Shown: positions 19,514-29,643, numbered from the stretch's first letter. The stretch: DNA of 64,000 nucleotides from Candidatus Kryptoniota bacterium (GCA_049966155.1 JBMFVE010000001.1:654916-718915); one strand, 5' to 3'. Notes: generated by a model not told the origin, from the sequence alone. A program made the numbers and translations.

Positions 19514-20038
19514 TTACTTGCCCGATTTTTCTATTGACTCAATTATTGTTTTTATATCCAGGACTTGAGATGTCGGCTCCTGTTTTATGAATTCACCTTC
19601 CATTGAACTCAGCATATCGAGCTGTGCTGTTAAGATCGTCCGGATGGTTTTGATAATAGTTTCTCTTAGGTTAGTAACCTCTTCAAGTCTTGCTTTTGCT
19701 CTATCAAGTTCGGAATTTGCCTCTTTTAAAATTTGCTCTGCCTTCAACTCTGCCTCATGCTGGATTATTCTTGAGGTTCGCTGCACGGCTTCTGCCGAAT
19801 CTTTTGCAGCCTTCTCAGCTTTCTCCACCAGAGCTCGCAGGGAATCCTCAATTTTTTTATAGCTCTGAAGCTCCTCGGCAAGGGCGTTCTTTTGGGAACG
19901 CAAATCCAGATTCTCTTTCAACAGGTTTTCGAAGTCACCAGCAACCGTTGATAAGAAGGCGTCGACTTCACCCGGATTGTATCCTGAGAACGTCTTTCGG
20001 AATTTTTGGTTCCTTATTTGAAGCGGGGTAAGCCGCAT
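19514..20038 (-). CDS. DivIVA-domain protein
   Basis: MRLTPLQIRNQKFRKTFSGYNPGEVDAFL is followed by long coiled-coil sequence. The true start is ATG 20038; the track's upstream extension to 20227 runs antisense through tRNA-Pro. Confidence 0.75.
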   Translation of the reverse strand: MRLTPLQIRNQKFRKTFSGYNPGEVDAFLSTVAGDFENLLKENLDLRSQKNALAEELQSYKKIEDSLRALVEKAEKAAKDSAEAVQRTSRIIQHEAELKAEQILKEANSELDRAKARLEEVTNLRETIIKTIRTILTAQLDMLSSMEGEFIKQEPTSQVLDIKTIIESIEKSGK

Positions 20039-20160
20039 ACTTTTGCCACCAAACTCATTTTCTGAATGAAAAATATAACCTTTGATTAAAGGAAAATCAA
20101 AGCACAAGATGCCCTGTTGAGGTTGTTTAATTAATACTGAAAAGGTTATATTGCAATGTA

Positions 20161-20235
20161 CGGGGCGTGGCTCAGCCCGGTTAGAGCGCTTGGTTCGGGA
20201 CCAAGAGGCCGTGGGTTCGAATCCCACCGCCCCGA
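20161..20235 (+). tRNA. tRNA-Pro (anticodon CGG)
   Basis: I folded the cloverleaf by hand. Acceptor CGGGGCG/CGCCCCG, D stem GCTC/GAGC, anticodon stem CTTGG/CCAAG with loop TTCGGGA, T arm GTGGG-TTCGAAT-CCCAC, discriminator A. CCA is not encoded. Confidence 0.9.
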
Positions 20236-20350
20236 CACCACGCCAAACTTTTAACTTAATTTTACGGCCCTAATCCATGGTAGACCAACAGGGGCATGCC
20301 GCGGATGAATATGAATTGTCCGTGCTCTCCTTATATAATGCAATACCCAG

Positions 20351-22405
20351 TTAGCGGGTTAGAGGATTCTTAAGCCTGGAACTCGTCATTTGAAAAATCC
20401 ATTCAGGCGGTACAAGCTTGTTTAAATTCAAAATTTCCTTTCTGTCAAGCAATTTTAATCCCGTAACAAACGAGGCGTTCGTCCAGCCAAAGCCTTCTTT
20501 TGTGATGTAGGAGAATTTGGTACCGACGTTGCCATATTCTGCAAATACCTGGGATGAGCGATTGACAACATCGTATTTCTCGGTTATGGTGCCGTTGTAG
20601 TTGAATGCATTTATAGTTATTGTGTAAAGCCACCTGTATGCAAGCCTGCTTGCCAGCTTGCCATATCCGTAGTTCTCCAAACCCCTCCACACCAACATCT
20701 GGTGAGGGGCCCAGCCAAATGGATAGTCCCATTGTGTCTGTGGGTGTTCGCGCGTAATAGGGCCACGCGATTTTTCTGTTGAACCAACAATTCCGCCAGG
20801 CATCTCAAGTAGTGGTACAGCTTTCATTATCAGCTTCCTTGCTTGTTCATTCGAGGCGACACGAGCCCATAATGGATAGAAAGTTGTGGCACTTACAAAA
20901 TTCGATTGCTTTCCTTTAACAAAATTAAAGTCAAAATACATTCCAGCTTTTTCGTTCCAGAGATATTTATTAATCAAGATTTTTCGTCTCTTAGCTTTTT
21001 TAAACCAATCCACCGCTCTCTCAACAGACCCATTTCTTAATCTGACACTGCCCCCAAACTCGTCCTTTATAATACTGCCGATATCGGTTTCAACCTTGTA
21101 CAGCAAGGAATTTAAATCGACTGTAACAAGGTCAGCACAATCATATTGAAGTCGATAACTTGCATCGTGTCCGGACTCTCGCATGCTTCGGTCATCTTTA
21201 AAGAATTTGTCAAGGGCTGGAACTTTGACTCTTCTCGAAAGATATTCCATTTTAAAAGTTTTTACATCCATTCCATATTCTTCAGCGTACTTAGAAAATA
21301 TTCCATCATACCTACCGGGTTCAACCTCTGGGGGAGGCCCAACCCCATCATCATAATATCTGTTAAGTCCAATTCTGGTAAGATGGGTCGATCCCATCCA
21401 GTATCCATAATATTCTCTGATCGCAGCTTCCAGTACTTTCTCGAGCCACATAAGAGATTCTTTGTCCTTCTTCATTTTGCGATAAACGGCAATAGCCATT
21501 GACGTGAAGAACGGCGGCTGAGACCTTGTCAAATAGTAAGTTCGATTAGCATTCAGAATTTTACCGTAGTGGTTTATTTCATATACAAAATTATCCACCA
21601 TGGATCTGGCTAAATCAACCTTACCGCTCTCCAAAAGGCCCAGTACTATAAAGTAACTATCCCATCCGTACATTTCATTAAATCTCCCTCCGGGAACCAC
21701 GAAGGGTTCACCTGTTACTTGCCCATTTGATTCCCTTATCAATTTCAGGCTTAGAACGCCCTCTTTATTATCAAGACTATTTACATACTGAGGAGTGATC
21801 TTCTGTGGTAATTTAACAACCATCATTCTAAGCTCAGGACGGCGCTTCGATATGCGTGAAAAATAGCCGTAAGCCATAGTATCATTGAAGGGAACATAGA
21901 CATAATTGTACCCATCGGCAGTTTTGACTTTCTCATCTTTAAAAATCTTCTCAAGCCCTCCTTCATCAATCCGCCTCGTTAGATCGTGCCAGTACAGATT
22001 CTTTATTGATTTCAAGATATGTTTAACTGGAGATTCAAAAATGTCGGACATAGTGAGTATCACAGTGTCTTTCCCCTCGTCCTCGGCCAGCTTCAATGAC
22101 TGCAATAAATTTGAAAGATAATAAGTTCCATCTACTTCATACCGTCTACCGTCCAGAGCAACCAACCAAAAGCGTTTGTTGCCTCTATCCGTACCGGTGA
22201 TATGAAAATCATCAATTGTGATTTTCTTATCACCGTCGGTATCTTCTTTTGCCAGCAACGAGTCGAGATTAGGCCTGACCAGAGCTTTTATCAGCACTTC
22301 ACGGTTGTTAGTCTGACGGCCATATACAACAGTGGCAAAAAGAAAAATAAGTGCAATAAATTTATTCGAGGACACTGTTCGAACCATGAACATCCTTTTA
22401 CTCAA
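20351..22405 (-). CDS. treA: Secreted alpha,alpha-trehalase (GH37) with an N-terminal Ca-binding-like segment
   Basis: GH37 signatures PGGRFNEMYGWDSYF and QWDYPFGWAPHQ. An EF-hand-like DTDGDKKITIDDF motif. Signal peptide present. Confidence 0.9.
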   Translation of the reverse strand: MSKRMFMVRTVSSNKFIALIFLFATVVYGRQTNNREVLIKALVRPNLDSLLAKEDTDGDKKITIDDFHITGTDRGNKRFWLVALDGRRYEVDGTYYLSNLLQSLKLAEDEGKDTVILTMSDIFESPVKHILKSIKNLYWHDLTRRIDEGGLEKIFKDEKVKTADGYNYVYVPFNDTMAYGYFSRISKRRPELRMMVVKLPQKITPQYVNSLDNKEGVLSLKLIRESNGQVTGEPFVVPGGRFNEMYGWDSYFIVLGLLESGKVDLARSMVDNFVYEINHYGKILNANRTYYLTRSQPPFFTSMAIAVYRKMKKDKESLMWLEKVLEAAIREYYGYWMGSTHLTRIGLNRYYDDGVGPPPEVEPGRYDGIFSKYAEEYGMDVKTFKMEYLSRRVKVPALDKFFKDDRSMRESGHDASYRLQYDCADLVTVDLNSLLYKVETDIGSIIKDEFGGSVRLRNGSVERAVDWFKKAKRRKILINKYLWNEKAGMYFDFNFVKGKQSNFVSATTFYPLWARVASNEQARKLIMKAVPLLEMPGGIVGSTEKSRGPITREHPQTQWDYPFGWAPHQMLVWRGLENYGYGKLASRLAYRWLYTITINAFNYNGTITEKYDVVNRSSQVFAEYGNVGTKFSYITKEGFGWTNASFVTGLKLLDRKEILNLNKLVPPEWIFQMTSSRLKNPLTR

Positions 22406-24569
22406 CTCTCATTTCAGTCTTACCATCCTTTACAAATACATTATAATTCTTTCCATGATAATGAATGCCTTTGATAATAATCTCCCTTACACCTTGCGGA
22501 ACCATCGGCTGATACTTTTGAATTAAACCCTGGTCTGTAATCCTTAATCCCGTATAACCGAACAAGACCTGCTGTAGAAATCCTCCGGCACCTGTCAGAA
22601 AGTTTGTTGACATGCTCTCCGGTGTTTCTGCAAAGACATTAAAGGGTTCTCTGATATATGGCATGTAGCTAATTTTATAAAATTCGTCATATAAATTTCT
22701 ATTTTGTACTTCGGCAGCTACAATTTGATATAAAGTGATCCCCATCATCACCCCTGCACCGTTTTTCTTTGCATAGTCCAGAGCATTTTTAAGGTCATTG
22801 ACTTTTACGTCATCCGGGACATTTAATTCAAGCGGATAGTACAAAAGTGGCACCACACGACCCAATGAGGAAGGGGGAGCATTTTCGTACGTCAGATAAC
22901 AATGTAACAAACTATCATAAGGTATGTAAATTCTCTCAGCTATCCGCCTCCACGCTGGATCCTCTCGCTCGTTTAAAATACGTGACGCCTTTGCTGCTAT
23001 CTCCAGATTTCTCTTTGCGACCAGATTAGTATAAGAATCATTATTGACCCCAATCAAGCCTTCATCCACAGAAACTACGTTTTTGATGTTATACCTGTCT
23101 TTTTCAGGATCATAGGACACCCTGCTCTTCCAGAAATCAGCAGTCTCTTTTATAACAGGATAACCAAAGCGAGCTAACCATATTGTGTCGCCCGTTGCAA
23201 GAAAATATTGCCATTGAGCAAATGCAACATCGCCGGTAACATGATTCTCGTATAATGCATTCTGGTATGCAAACTTTGGACATGATTCACTCCCATTTTC
23301 ATCGGATTCCCACGGATACATGGCACCTTTATATCCGTTGAGCCGTGCATTTGCCATTGCAGCAGCTAAAACCTTGTATCTGAACATCACCATTGATCTA
23401 GCTAAGTCAGGATGCAAGAGAAGCAATGGTGGAAACATCCACGTATCAGAGTCCCAAAATATATGGCCGTAGTATCCATCACTCGATAGGCCCATCGGTG
23501 GAATGCCGAAATTCGAGCCGTTGCGAATACTGCACAGGAGGTAGAACATCGAAGAACGAATCACACTCTGGAGCAAATCGTCTCCCTTCACAATCACATC
23601 CGTTTTCCACAACTTATGCCATTCATCTTCATGTTGTGTAAGCAATTCTTCATATCCTGATTCTGCTGCGCTTTTCGAAACTATTAGCGCCTCATTTAAA
23701 GGATTGGGGGATTCTTTCGATGAAACGATTCCGACATACTTGTAAAATTTGTAAGTGTCGCCAGCTCTCCCGGGAAAATTGATCTCTACTGCGACTCCGC
23801 CGTTGACAGAATCAGTGATGACCTTAGGTCGGATTACATCTCGTGACCACGCGATCCTGGAAACAATAGCTACAAGAGTGGTATCTCCTTCGGGCTTTGA
23901 AACAACCCAGCACGTACCCCTTTTAAGACTTGCTCTCCCATAGCGTTTCACAATTATCATATGCCCAGGATACCATACGTTCGGCACCTTGTTTACCATC
24001 CGTACTTTTATATTGGCATCTTTGGCAAGCTTCATTCTATGAGGGTTAGGCCAGGGTATTATAGGGAAGAGAACCCTAATCATTCCAGAGTAATTGGGTT
24101 TTACCTCGAATTTAATTACCGCCAAATTTGGATTTTGGCGTGAGACAAATAGGGTTACACTTACCTCGGTTGCTTTCCCATGATCAATCCAGACATATGA
24201 AGTGCTCAATACGCCGTTATACATATCAAGTGACTGATGATAATTTTCGAATTGCCCTTCGACAATTTTGATGTTATTTAGCCAATTTTTTCCATCGTAA
24301 AAATTAACTTCATTCCAGGCAGGGAGGGCTGCATTGCGCGCAACGTCTCCGGGAAAGTGTTCGTATACCCAGGCCATGTACGAATATGTCGCCCTTGTAC
24401 CTGATTGAGAGGAAGAAACTCCAATGTTTCCGTTTCCAAGATAGGTGGGAGTGTAATTTTTAAGAGGCGAATTCGTACAAAGAGTAAAACCCGTCATTTG
24501 AGCTTTACAGAGAGCAACAAATGAAAAGCCAAAAAGAAACAGGTATGTAAAAAAGCATTTTGTAGACAT
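22398..24569 (-). CDS. Secreted GH65-family glycoside hydrolase (acid-trehalase/kojibiose-hydrolase type)
   Basis: Signal peptide MSTKCFFTYLFLFGFSFVALCKAQ. GH65 blocks GYYGHIFWDSDTWMFPPLLLLHP, SVDEGLIGVNNDSYTN (catalytic Glu context) and FLTGAGGFLQ. It overlaps treA by 8 nt. Confidence 0.8.
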   Translation of the reverse strand: MSTKCFFTYLFLFGFSFVALCKAQMTGFTLCTNSPLKNYTPTYLGNGNIGVSSSQSGTRATYSYMAWVYEHFPGDVARNAALPAWNEVNFYDGKNWLNNIKIVEGQFENYHQSLDMYNGVLSTSYVWIDHGKATEVSVTLFVSRQNPNLAVIKFEVKPNYSGMIRVLFPIIPWPNPHRMKLAKDANIKVRMVNKVPNVWYPGHMIIVKRYGRASLKRGTCWVVSKPEGDTTLVAIVSRIAWSRDVIRPKVITDSVNGGVAVEINFPGRAGDTYKFYKYVGIVSSKESPNPLNEALIVSKSAAESGYEELLTQHEDEWHKLWKTDVIVKGDDLLQSVIRSSMFYLLCSIRNGSNFGIPPMGLSSDGYYGHIFWDSDTWMFPPLLLLHPDLARSMVMFRYKVLAAAMANARLNGYKGAMYPWESDENGSESCPKFAYQNALYENHVTGDVAFAQWQYFLATGDTIWLARFGYPVIKETADFWKSRVSYDPEKDRYNIKNVVSVDEGLIGVNNDSYTNLVAKRNLEIAAKASRILNEREDPAWRRIAERIYIPYDSLLHCYLTYENAPPSSLGRVVPLLYYPLELNVPDDVKVNDLKNALDYAKKNGAGVMMGITLYQIVAAEVQNRNLYDEFYKISYMPYIREPFNVFAETPESMSTNFLTGAGGFLQQVLFGYTGLRITDQGLIQKYQPMVPQGVREIIIKGIHYHGKNYNVFVKDGKTEMRVE

Positions 24570-24590
24570 AATGTGTCCCTCGCTAAAAAG

Positions 24591-24628
24591 AGTCCGCTGT
24601 CAGCCGGGATATCCGGGGGCAGCGGACT
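24591..24628 (-). terminator. Hairpin between the TonB receptor stop and the GH65 start (terminator or attenuator candidate)
   Basis: On the minus strand: tttttttgc-AGTCCGCTG-(20-nt loop with an internal CCGG/CCGG pair)-CAGCGGACT-cttttta. It ends about 20 nt before the GH65 ATG at 24569. Confidence 0.45.
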
Positions 24629-24649
24629 GCAAAAAAATTACTCGACGAA

Positions 24650-27600
24650 CTAGAACTGGTATCCTACAGTGAAAGTCAGCCTCCGGGGGAGAATTGGCCT
24701 GGCAAGGAAGTAGTTGCTGGTCCTGTTACCCGGATATTGAACAAGCCTTGGATTTCCTTCCTCAAGGCCCAAACTTTGGTAAGCGTTCAACAAATTCAAG
24801 GACATAGTTATCCCTTGAGATGGAACTTTATACGATAAGCCGAGATTCATGTAGGTATATGCAGGCAGATAGGTGTTACTTGCCTGATCGATCCATCGCT
24901 TTCCGACGTAATGAAGATCTGCCAGAACCATAATATTGTTCCAGGTGTATGTCCCGCTCAAATTACCAATAAATGGTGGAACACCCGCTATCCAGCTGCC
25001 AATGTCCGAACCGCCTGCAATCTCTGCTTTTAGAATCGTACCGTTTGCCATTAGATTAAGATTTGCAATCGGATTTCCGAAGATTTCGAATTCCCCACCA
25101 TAAGTTCTCTGCTGGGGGCTGTACAAAATAACCCACGTTGTTCGTCCCGTTGTAGTATCCAGAATTGCACCCTGTCCTGTAATGTTACGCAACTCACCCC
25201 AGAAACCGTCAACTGTAAATCCAAATGCAGGCGTATTGTATTTCAAGCCAGCCTCGTAGTTGATCGTTGTCTTGTCCTCAAAGAGAGCTACCTGAGCAGG
25301 TGAGGCGGCATTTAAGAGTTCATCCAGTGCCGGCATCTTGTAAGCACGACTCCCCTGTGCATAAAAGGAGAACTGATCAGGTACAATTTGGTAGTTGATA
25401 CCTGCAGAAAATGCCCAGTCGCTGATGTTTTTACTCAAGTGACGATATGTGTTGTTCCCCCACACCTCAACCGCGTACGGTGGTGTTGTGGCTGCAACTG
25501 GAGTCCCATCTGGTTGAACAGGGGAAGTGTTTTCAGAGCTTTGAACGAAATTATCCGATTCCAATCTTCCTGCAATGTCGAGCCTTAACCGATCGGTAAC
25601 CATCATTTGATCGCTGAGGACAGCAGAAAAAATGGTCGTCTCGCCAGATCCGTTGACATAGTTCGAGACATAATGCATGAATCCGCTATTGGTCACACTT
25701 ACTTCTTTCGTCTGTCCTGGATTACTAGGATCGGGGTAATAGAATTTAGCATCAAGAAAATGTGTAATATTCTGAACATCTGTCAGTATATCCGAAAAAT
25801 ACCATTTATTCACCTGAGTATAATCTGCAAAGTACAATCCAAGACTGAGATCGTGGTGATAAAAAAGATCTCCCGGCAGTTCGTAAGATTTCCGCAATTG
25901 TAGCTGCTCCTGAAATGCTGTCAGCGGCTTTGCTACGTGCCATTCTCCGCCTGGCGCTACAAGGTTGTTCAAGGGACTTAGATTTGCATTCGGAAAAACA
26001 ACGGGCTTACCAGTAGCATCAAATTGATTTGTATAAAAGAGTTGCGCTGTAACATTGTTGATATCAACACTTTTTGGTATGAAACCATTGGATTGCAACG
26101 TCTGTGCCTCACTTAAAATCCATAAGTTGACAGGAACAGCATTGAAGGGGACTATTGCATTCCATTCCTCATAATCACTCATAACCTGAGTTTGATTTCG
26201 CACGTTCCAGCCATCGCCAAAATTGAGATTAATATCTGCTGTCAACCAGCCTGCATTTGTCATAATCCCATGATTAAGAGGAAATGCCAATGCCCCATCA
26301 GGGGTGGGCACGGAAATATTCAGGCCTTCTGGACTATTAAACGATCCATAGTAGCCAAATCCAGGTGCGTATTCCGTGGGATTAGCAGGATTGTCATGTG
26401 GCAAATCCAAAATGAACTGATTCTGGTCATTAATATACTTGCCATATATTTTTATATAACCATTATCAAGAAGACGTGTTATATTGGCTTTTATTTGGCC
26501 CCCTTTAATCCCTGGAAACCCAGGGTCACGAACTCCATGGTCATAGCGATAAAAGCCTCCTACATCAAACCGCCAGTCCTGCCCGAATGGCCCATTAAAG
26601 TCAAAGTCAAACCGCGCCAGACCCTGTGTCCCAACAGTTGCCTTTGTAATTCCCTGAAGCTCCGGCCACCTGTCTTGTTAATCAGGTTAACAACTGCTGC
26701 GAGGGTATTTGAACCAAACAACGCTGAGTTGCCGCCCCGAACAACTTCTATATGATCTATATTCTCATCTATCCTGAAGAGATTATCAGCATTCATGAAA
26801 AAGGTATGCATGGCTGGGAAAACAGGCAACCCATCTTCCATAAACATAATGTACTCCACTCCGTAAATTCCACGCATGGTGCAGTTCTCATTAACCTCAC
26901 CTCCGGAACTTTCTACACGTGTAAATCCCGGTATGTAACGCAAGACCTCTGTTGTACTCCTTGGATTGGCAAGGGTCATTTCTTTAGGATTGATCGTGCT
27001 CAATGCTACGGACGATTGAATGTTCTCTCGCGGGGCCATAGTTCCAGTTACGACCACTTCACTCATCCCAAGAACATCCTGCTGAAGTGTAAAATTCTCA
27101 GTGGTAATTTGTCCGTCGGTCACAACTACAGAAACATCAGCGCGCCGATATCCAACTCCTCAGTGTGTGAGTCCCCGCAGGAATATTTTCAATCAAATAG
27201 TAACCATTTGCATCTGCAGAGGCTCCCATAGTTGTGCCCAGAACAAGTATGTTCGCAAATGCCACAGGTGACCCGTTCTGATCTACAACCCTGCCTTTTA
27301 CACTTCCCTTCCCTTGTTGAACCAACGATCTTTCAGTGATCACAACCTGGTTGTTTTCTTGAGGAATCCACGCGAGGTCGGTGTTACTAAGTGTTTTATC
27401 CAGGGCTTCCGCCAAAGGCGCATTCTCAATATTCACACTAATTCGTCTTTCTACAGGAACAATCTCTTCACTGTATGAAAAACGAACATCTGTCTTTGCC
27501 GCTATTATGTCAAGAGCCACCTGCAGTGGTACATTGCTTAATTTCAGGCTGAGTGGTGTATTGAGGTAAAGAGTCTTATCTGATGATGGAACAATTACAG

Positions 27601-27730
27601 TTGCCTCTTTCCATTGATCGGTCGACAAATATGAGGCGGACGTCGGCATAAGCTGAAAACTTGCATTGGCAGCAATCACAACAGAAAAGAAGACTGCCAG
27701 TCCGACTGCAAAATCATAAGTGTTTCTCAT
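24650..27730 (-). pseudogene. TonB-dependent receptor (STN + CarboxypepD_reg + plug + barrel) split into three ORFs by two frameshifts
   Basis: ORF 27730-27137 holds the signal peptide, an STN domain (LQVALDIIAAKTDVRFSYSEEIV) and a CarboxypepD_reg start. ORF 27123-26560 holds the plug (MSEVVVTG...IEVVRGGNSALFGSN). ORF 26410-24650 holds the barrel, ending TFTVGYQF. By hand translation the downstream frames stay open upstream to 27159 and 26677, with homologous sequence (GVGYRRADVSVVV; PELQGITKATVGTQGLARFDFDFNGPFGQDWRFD). Confidence 0.8.
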
Positions 27731-28835
27731 AGTGATCCTCCTTGTTTGTTTTATCCCACCTTAAATGTGGTTTCGAAGGGAGTAAAATAACCGAATCGTT
27801 CGAATCCCTGTATGTGATGTTTAAAGAAAGAGCAATTATATTGAGTACTTCGTTTGCGGATTCTTTTTTTGTCAACGTGGCTGTAATTGTTCTAGATAAA
27901 ATTGAAGAATCCGCCGTAAATATCTTTATTCCGTATTCGTGCCAAATTTGTCTTACCACATCCTTCATTGCTGTATTGCGCAGAATGATTTTACCCTCAG
28001 TCCAGGCAATGGCTTGATTTAGATCCACATGTTTCAGCTTAACAATAGTGCCATTTTGATCTAAACTTATGCCTTCTCCAGCAGATACCCGTACCGCAGA
28101 CTGACCTCCCTCTGACTGAACCGAGACTGTTCCTTCTGCCACAACCACATCAGTTTTACCATCGTCAGGCCATGATCTGACATCAAACCTGGTACCAAGG
28201 TCTTTGATCACGGCTTTGCTGGTGTGTACTACGAAAGGGGAAGATGAATTATGGACCACATCGAAGTATGCTTCTCCGCTTAAGTAAACCTCACGTGTTC
28301 TATCAGCATTTTCAACATAACTTATCTTGCTCGATGAATTCAGTATTATCCTGGTACCGTCATCAAACTTCAAATCCACCTTCTGTCCGTTGCGCGTGGA
28401 AACTTCCTTCAGCAAGAACTGGGGGGAGGTTGGCATACGATCTTTTTGGAGGGCCATTTCTTTAGCGCTCCTTAAGATGTAGAGACTTCCAATGAGGGCA
28501 AGCACGACCGCAGCCGCCTTAAGGAGCAAAACGGCATAGGATGAAACAAATGTTTTTTTCCGAGATGGAAGATTCAATATCCGAAGTCCGTTTCTTGAAG
28601 CTTTAGAAGATTCCAGGTCATCAATGGTCATTTTGAACTTTTGCAGGGCAACGCCTGTATTCCAGTGTTCTCTCAGCTCTCGAGAAAACTCCCAGATTTT
28701 CCTTAGTTCCTCAAACTCTGGCTGATTCTTGCTGATCCAGTGTTCAATTTGTTTTTTTTCGATATCTGTACACTTTCCGGAAAAATACCTTCCAAGAAGC
28801 TTATAGATTTTGGCAGACATCATTTTCATGCTCAC
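27714..28835 (-). CDS. FecR-family anti-sigma factor/transmembrane sensor (apparently intact)
   Basis: N-terminal anti-sigma region, a single TM (VSSYAVLLLKAAAVVLALIGSLYIL), a FecR domain and a C-terminal DUF4974-like region. It overlaps the receptor start. Confidence 0.85.
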   Translation of the reverse strand: MSMKMMSAKIYKLLGRYFSGKCTDIEKKQIEHWISKNQPEFEELRKIWEFSRELREHWNTGVALQKFKMTIDDLESSKASRNGLRILNLPSRKKTFVSSYAVLLLKAAAVVLALIGSLYILRSAKEMALQKDRMPTSPQFLLKEVSTRNGQKVDLKFDDGTRIILNSSSKISYVENADRTREVYLSGEAYFDVVHNSSSPFVVHTSKAVIKDLGTRFDVRSWPDDGKTDVVVAEGTVSVQSEGGQSAVRVSAGEGISLDQNGTIVKLKHVDLNQAIAWTEGKIILRNTAMKDVVRQIWHEYGIKIFTADSSILSRTITATLTKKESANEVLNIIALSLNITYRDSNDSVILLPSKPHLRWDKTNKEDHYEKHL

Positions 28836-28873
28836 CTATTATTAATACAGCTGAAAGGGAATTTACCCCTACT

Positions 28874-29452
28874 CTATTTTCTGAATTTTAGCAACTGCTT
28901 CCGAAGAATTTTAAGTGCTCTGGCTATCTGATGTTCCACCGTCCTGACAGAAATTCCCATCACTTCAGAAATTTCAGGATATGTCAACCCTTCTTCTCTA
29001 TTCAACTTAAAGACGATTTTCGTTTTCTTTGGAAGCCTCGCAATTGCCATCGAAAGAGCTGCCATAAGTTCTTTATCTTCAAGAGTGCTCAGCAAATCCG
29101 TTCCAGAAGTAACCTGAACAAGCTCATCCACCGAACCACCGCGTTTGTTCACGCGTTGCGTCTTCAGATAATTGAATGCTTGATTTTTTGCAGCCTTAAA
29201 GAGGTACGATCTTACCGCTCACTGAGGATTCCAGTGATCTTTGTTGAGCCATATTTTCACAAATATTTCCTGGACAAGGTCGTCAACATCCAATCTTGAG
29301 CCAACGAGTGAATGTACAAACCTGCACAGCCCTTCATAGTGCTGATCAAATAAAACCGCCAGAGCTTGTTTATCCCCGTTCCGTATTCTTTCCACCAGGT
29401 TATCATCTTCCACCCTGGCAGAAGAGTCCGATATATCCTCTGGTAGAGGCAT
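28874..29452 (-). pseudogene. ECF sigma-70 family factor interrupted by an in-frame TGA
   Basis: ORF 29452-29219 carries region 2 (DDLVQEIFVKIWLNKDHWNPQ) and ORF 29152-28874 carries region 4 (LTYPEISEVMGISVRTVEHQIARALKILR). Both are in the same frame (offset 300 nt). Reading through the TGA at 29219-29221 gives NPQ*AVRSYLFKAAKNQAFNYLKTQRVNKRGG with no other stop. Confidence 0.8.
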
Positions 29453-29643
29453 AACGATATGATTTTAGAAAGATTTTAGTTAATAAACAATTACATCGTG
29501 TTATGATTTACCTTCTATCAAGGTTTGATAATGACAACATGAACAAATAAATTTTGTTCTATGGAAAAACATTTTAACCTGCGCCTATGTCATTTAACTA
29601 AATAACTAAACAAAAAGTCATTAGAGAAAAGAGGTGGCTATTT

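Noticed and set aside
20039-20227. N-terminal extension of the DivIVA ORF
   Set aside because: The extension runs antisense through tRNA-Pro and has no protein-like features. The DivIVA domain starts exactly at the Met at 20038.
27137-27162. Programmed +1 frameshift at the CGC-TGA-T stop joining the first two receptor ORFs
   Set aside because: The conserved VGY motif of the CarboxypepD_reg domain is encoded in the downstream frame upstream of that stop. The frame change must therefore occur earlier, which fits an indel. There is no prfB-like SD plus slippery context.
29219-29221. TGA recoding (selenocysteine or an alternative genetic code) in the split ECF sigma gene
   Set aside because: TGA terminates well-conserved genes at their expected ends in this window (rnhB, serA). 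The position is a non-conserved linker residue of ECF sigmas rather than a catalytic Cys. I saw no SECIS-like hairpin directly downstream.
29461-29479. GATTTTAG x2 direct repeat just upstream of the broken ECF sigma gene
   Set aside because: It is only 8 bp long in AT-rich DNA, which is chance level. It does not resemble ECF-type -35/-10 elements.
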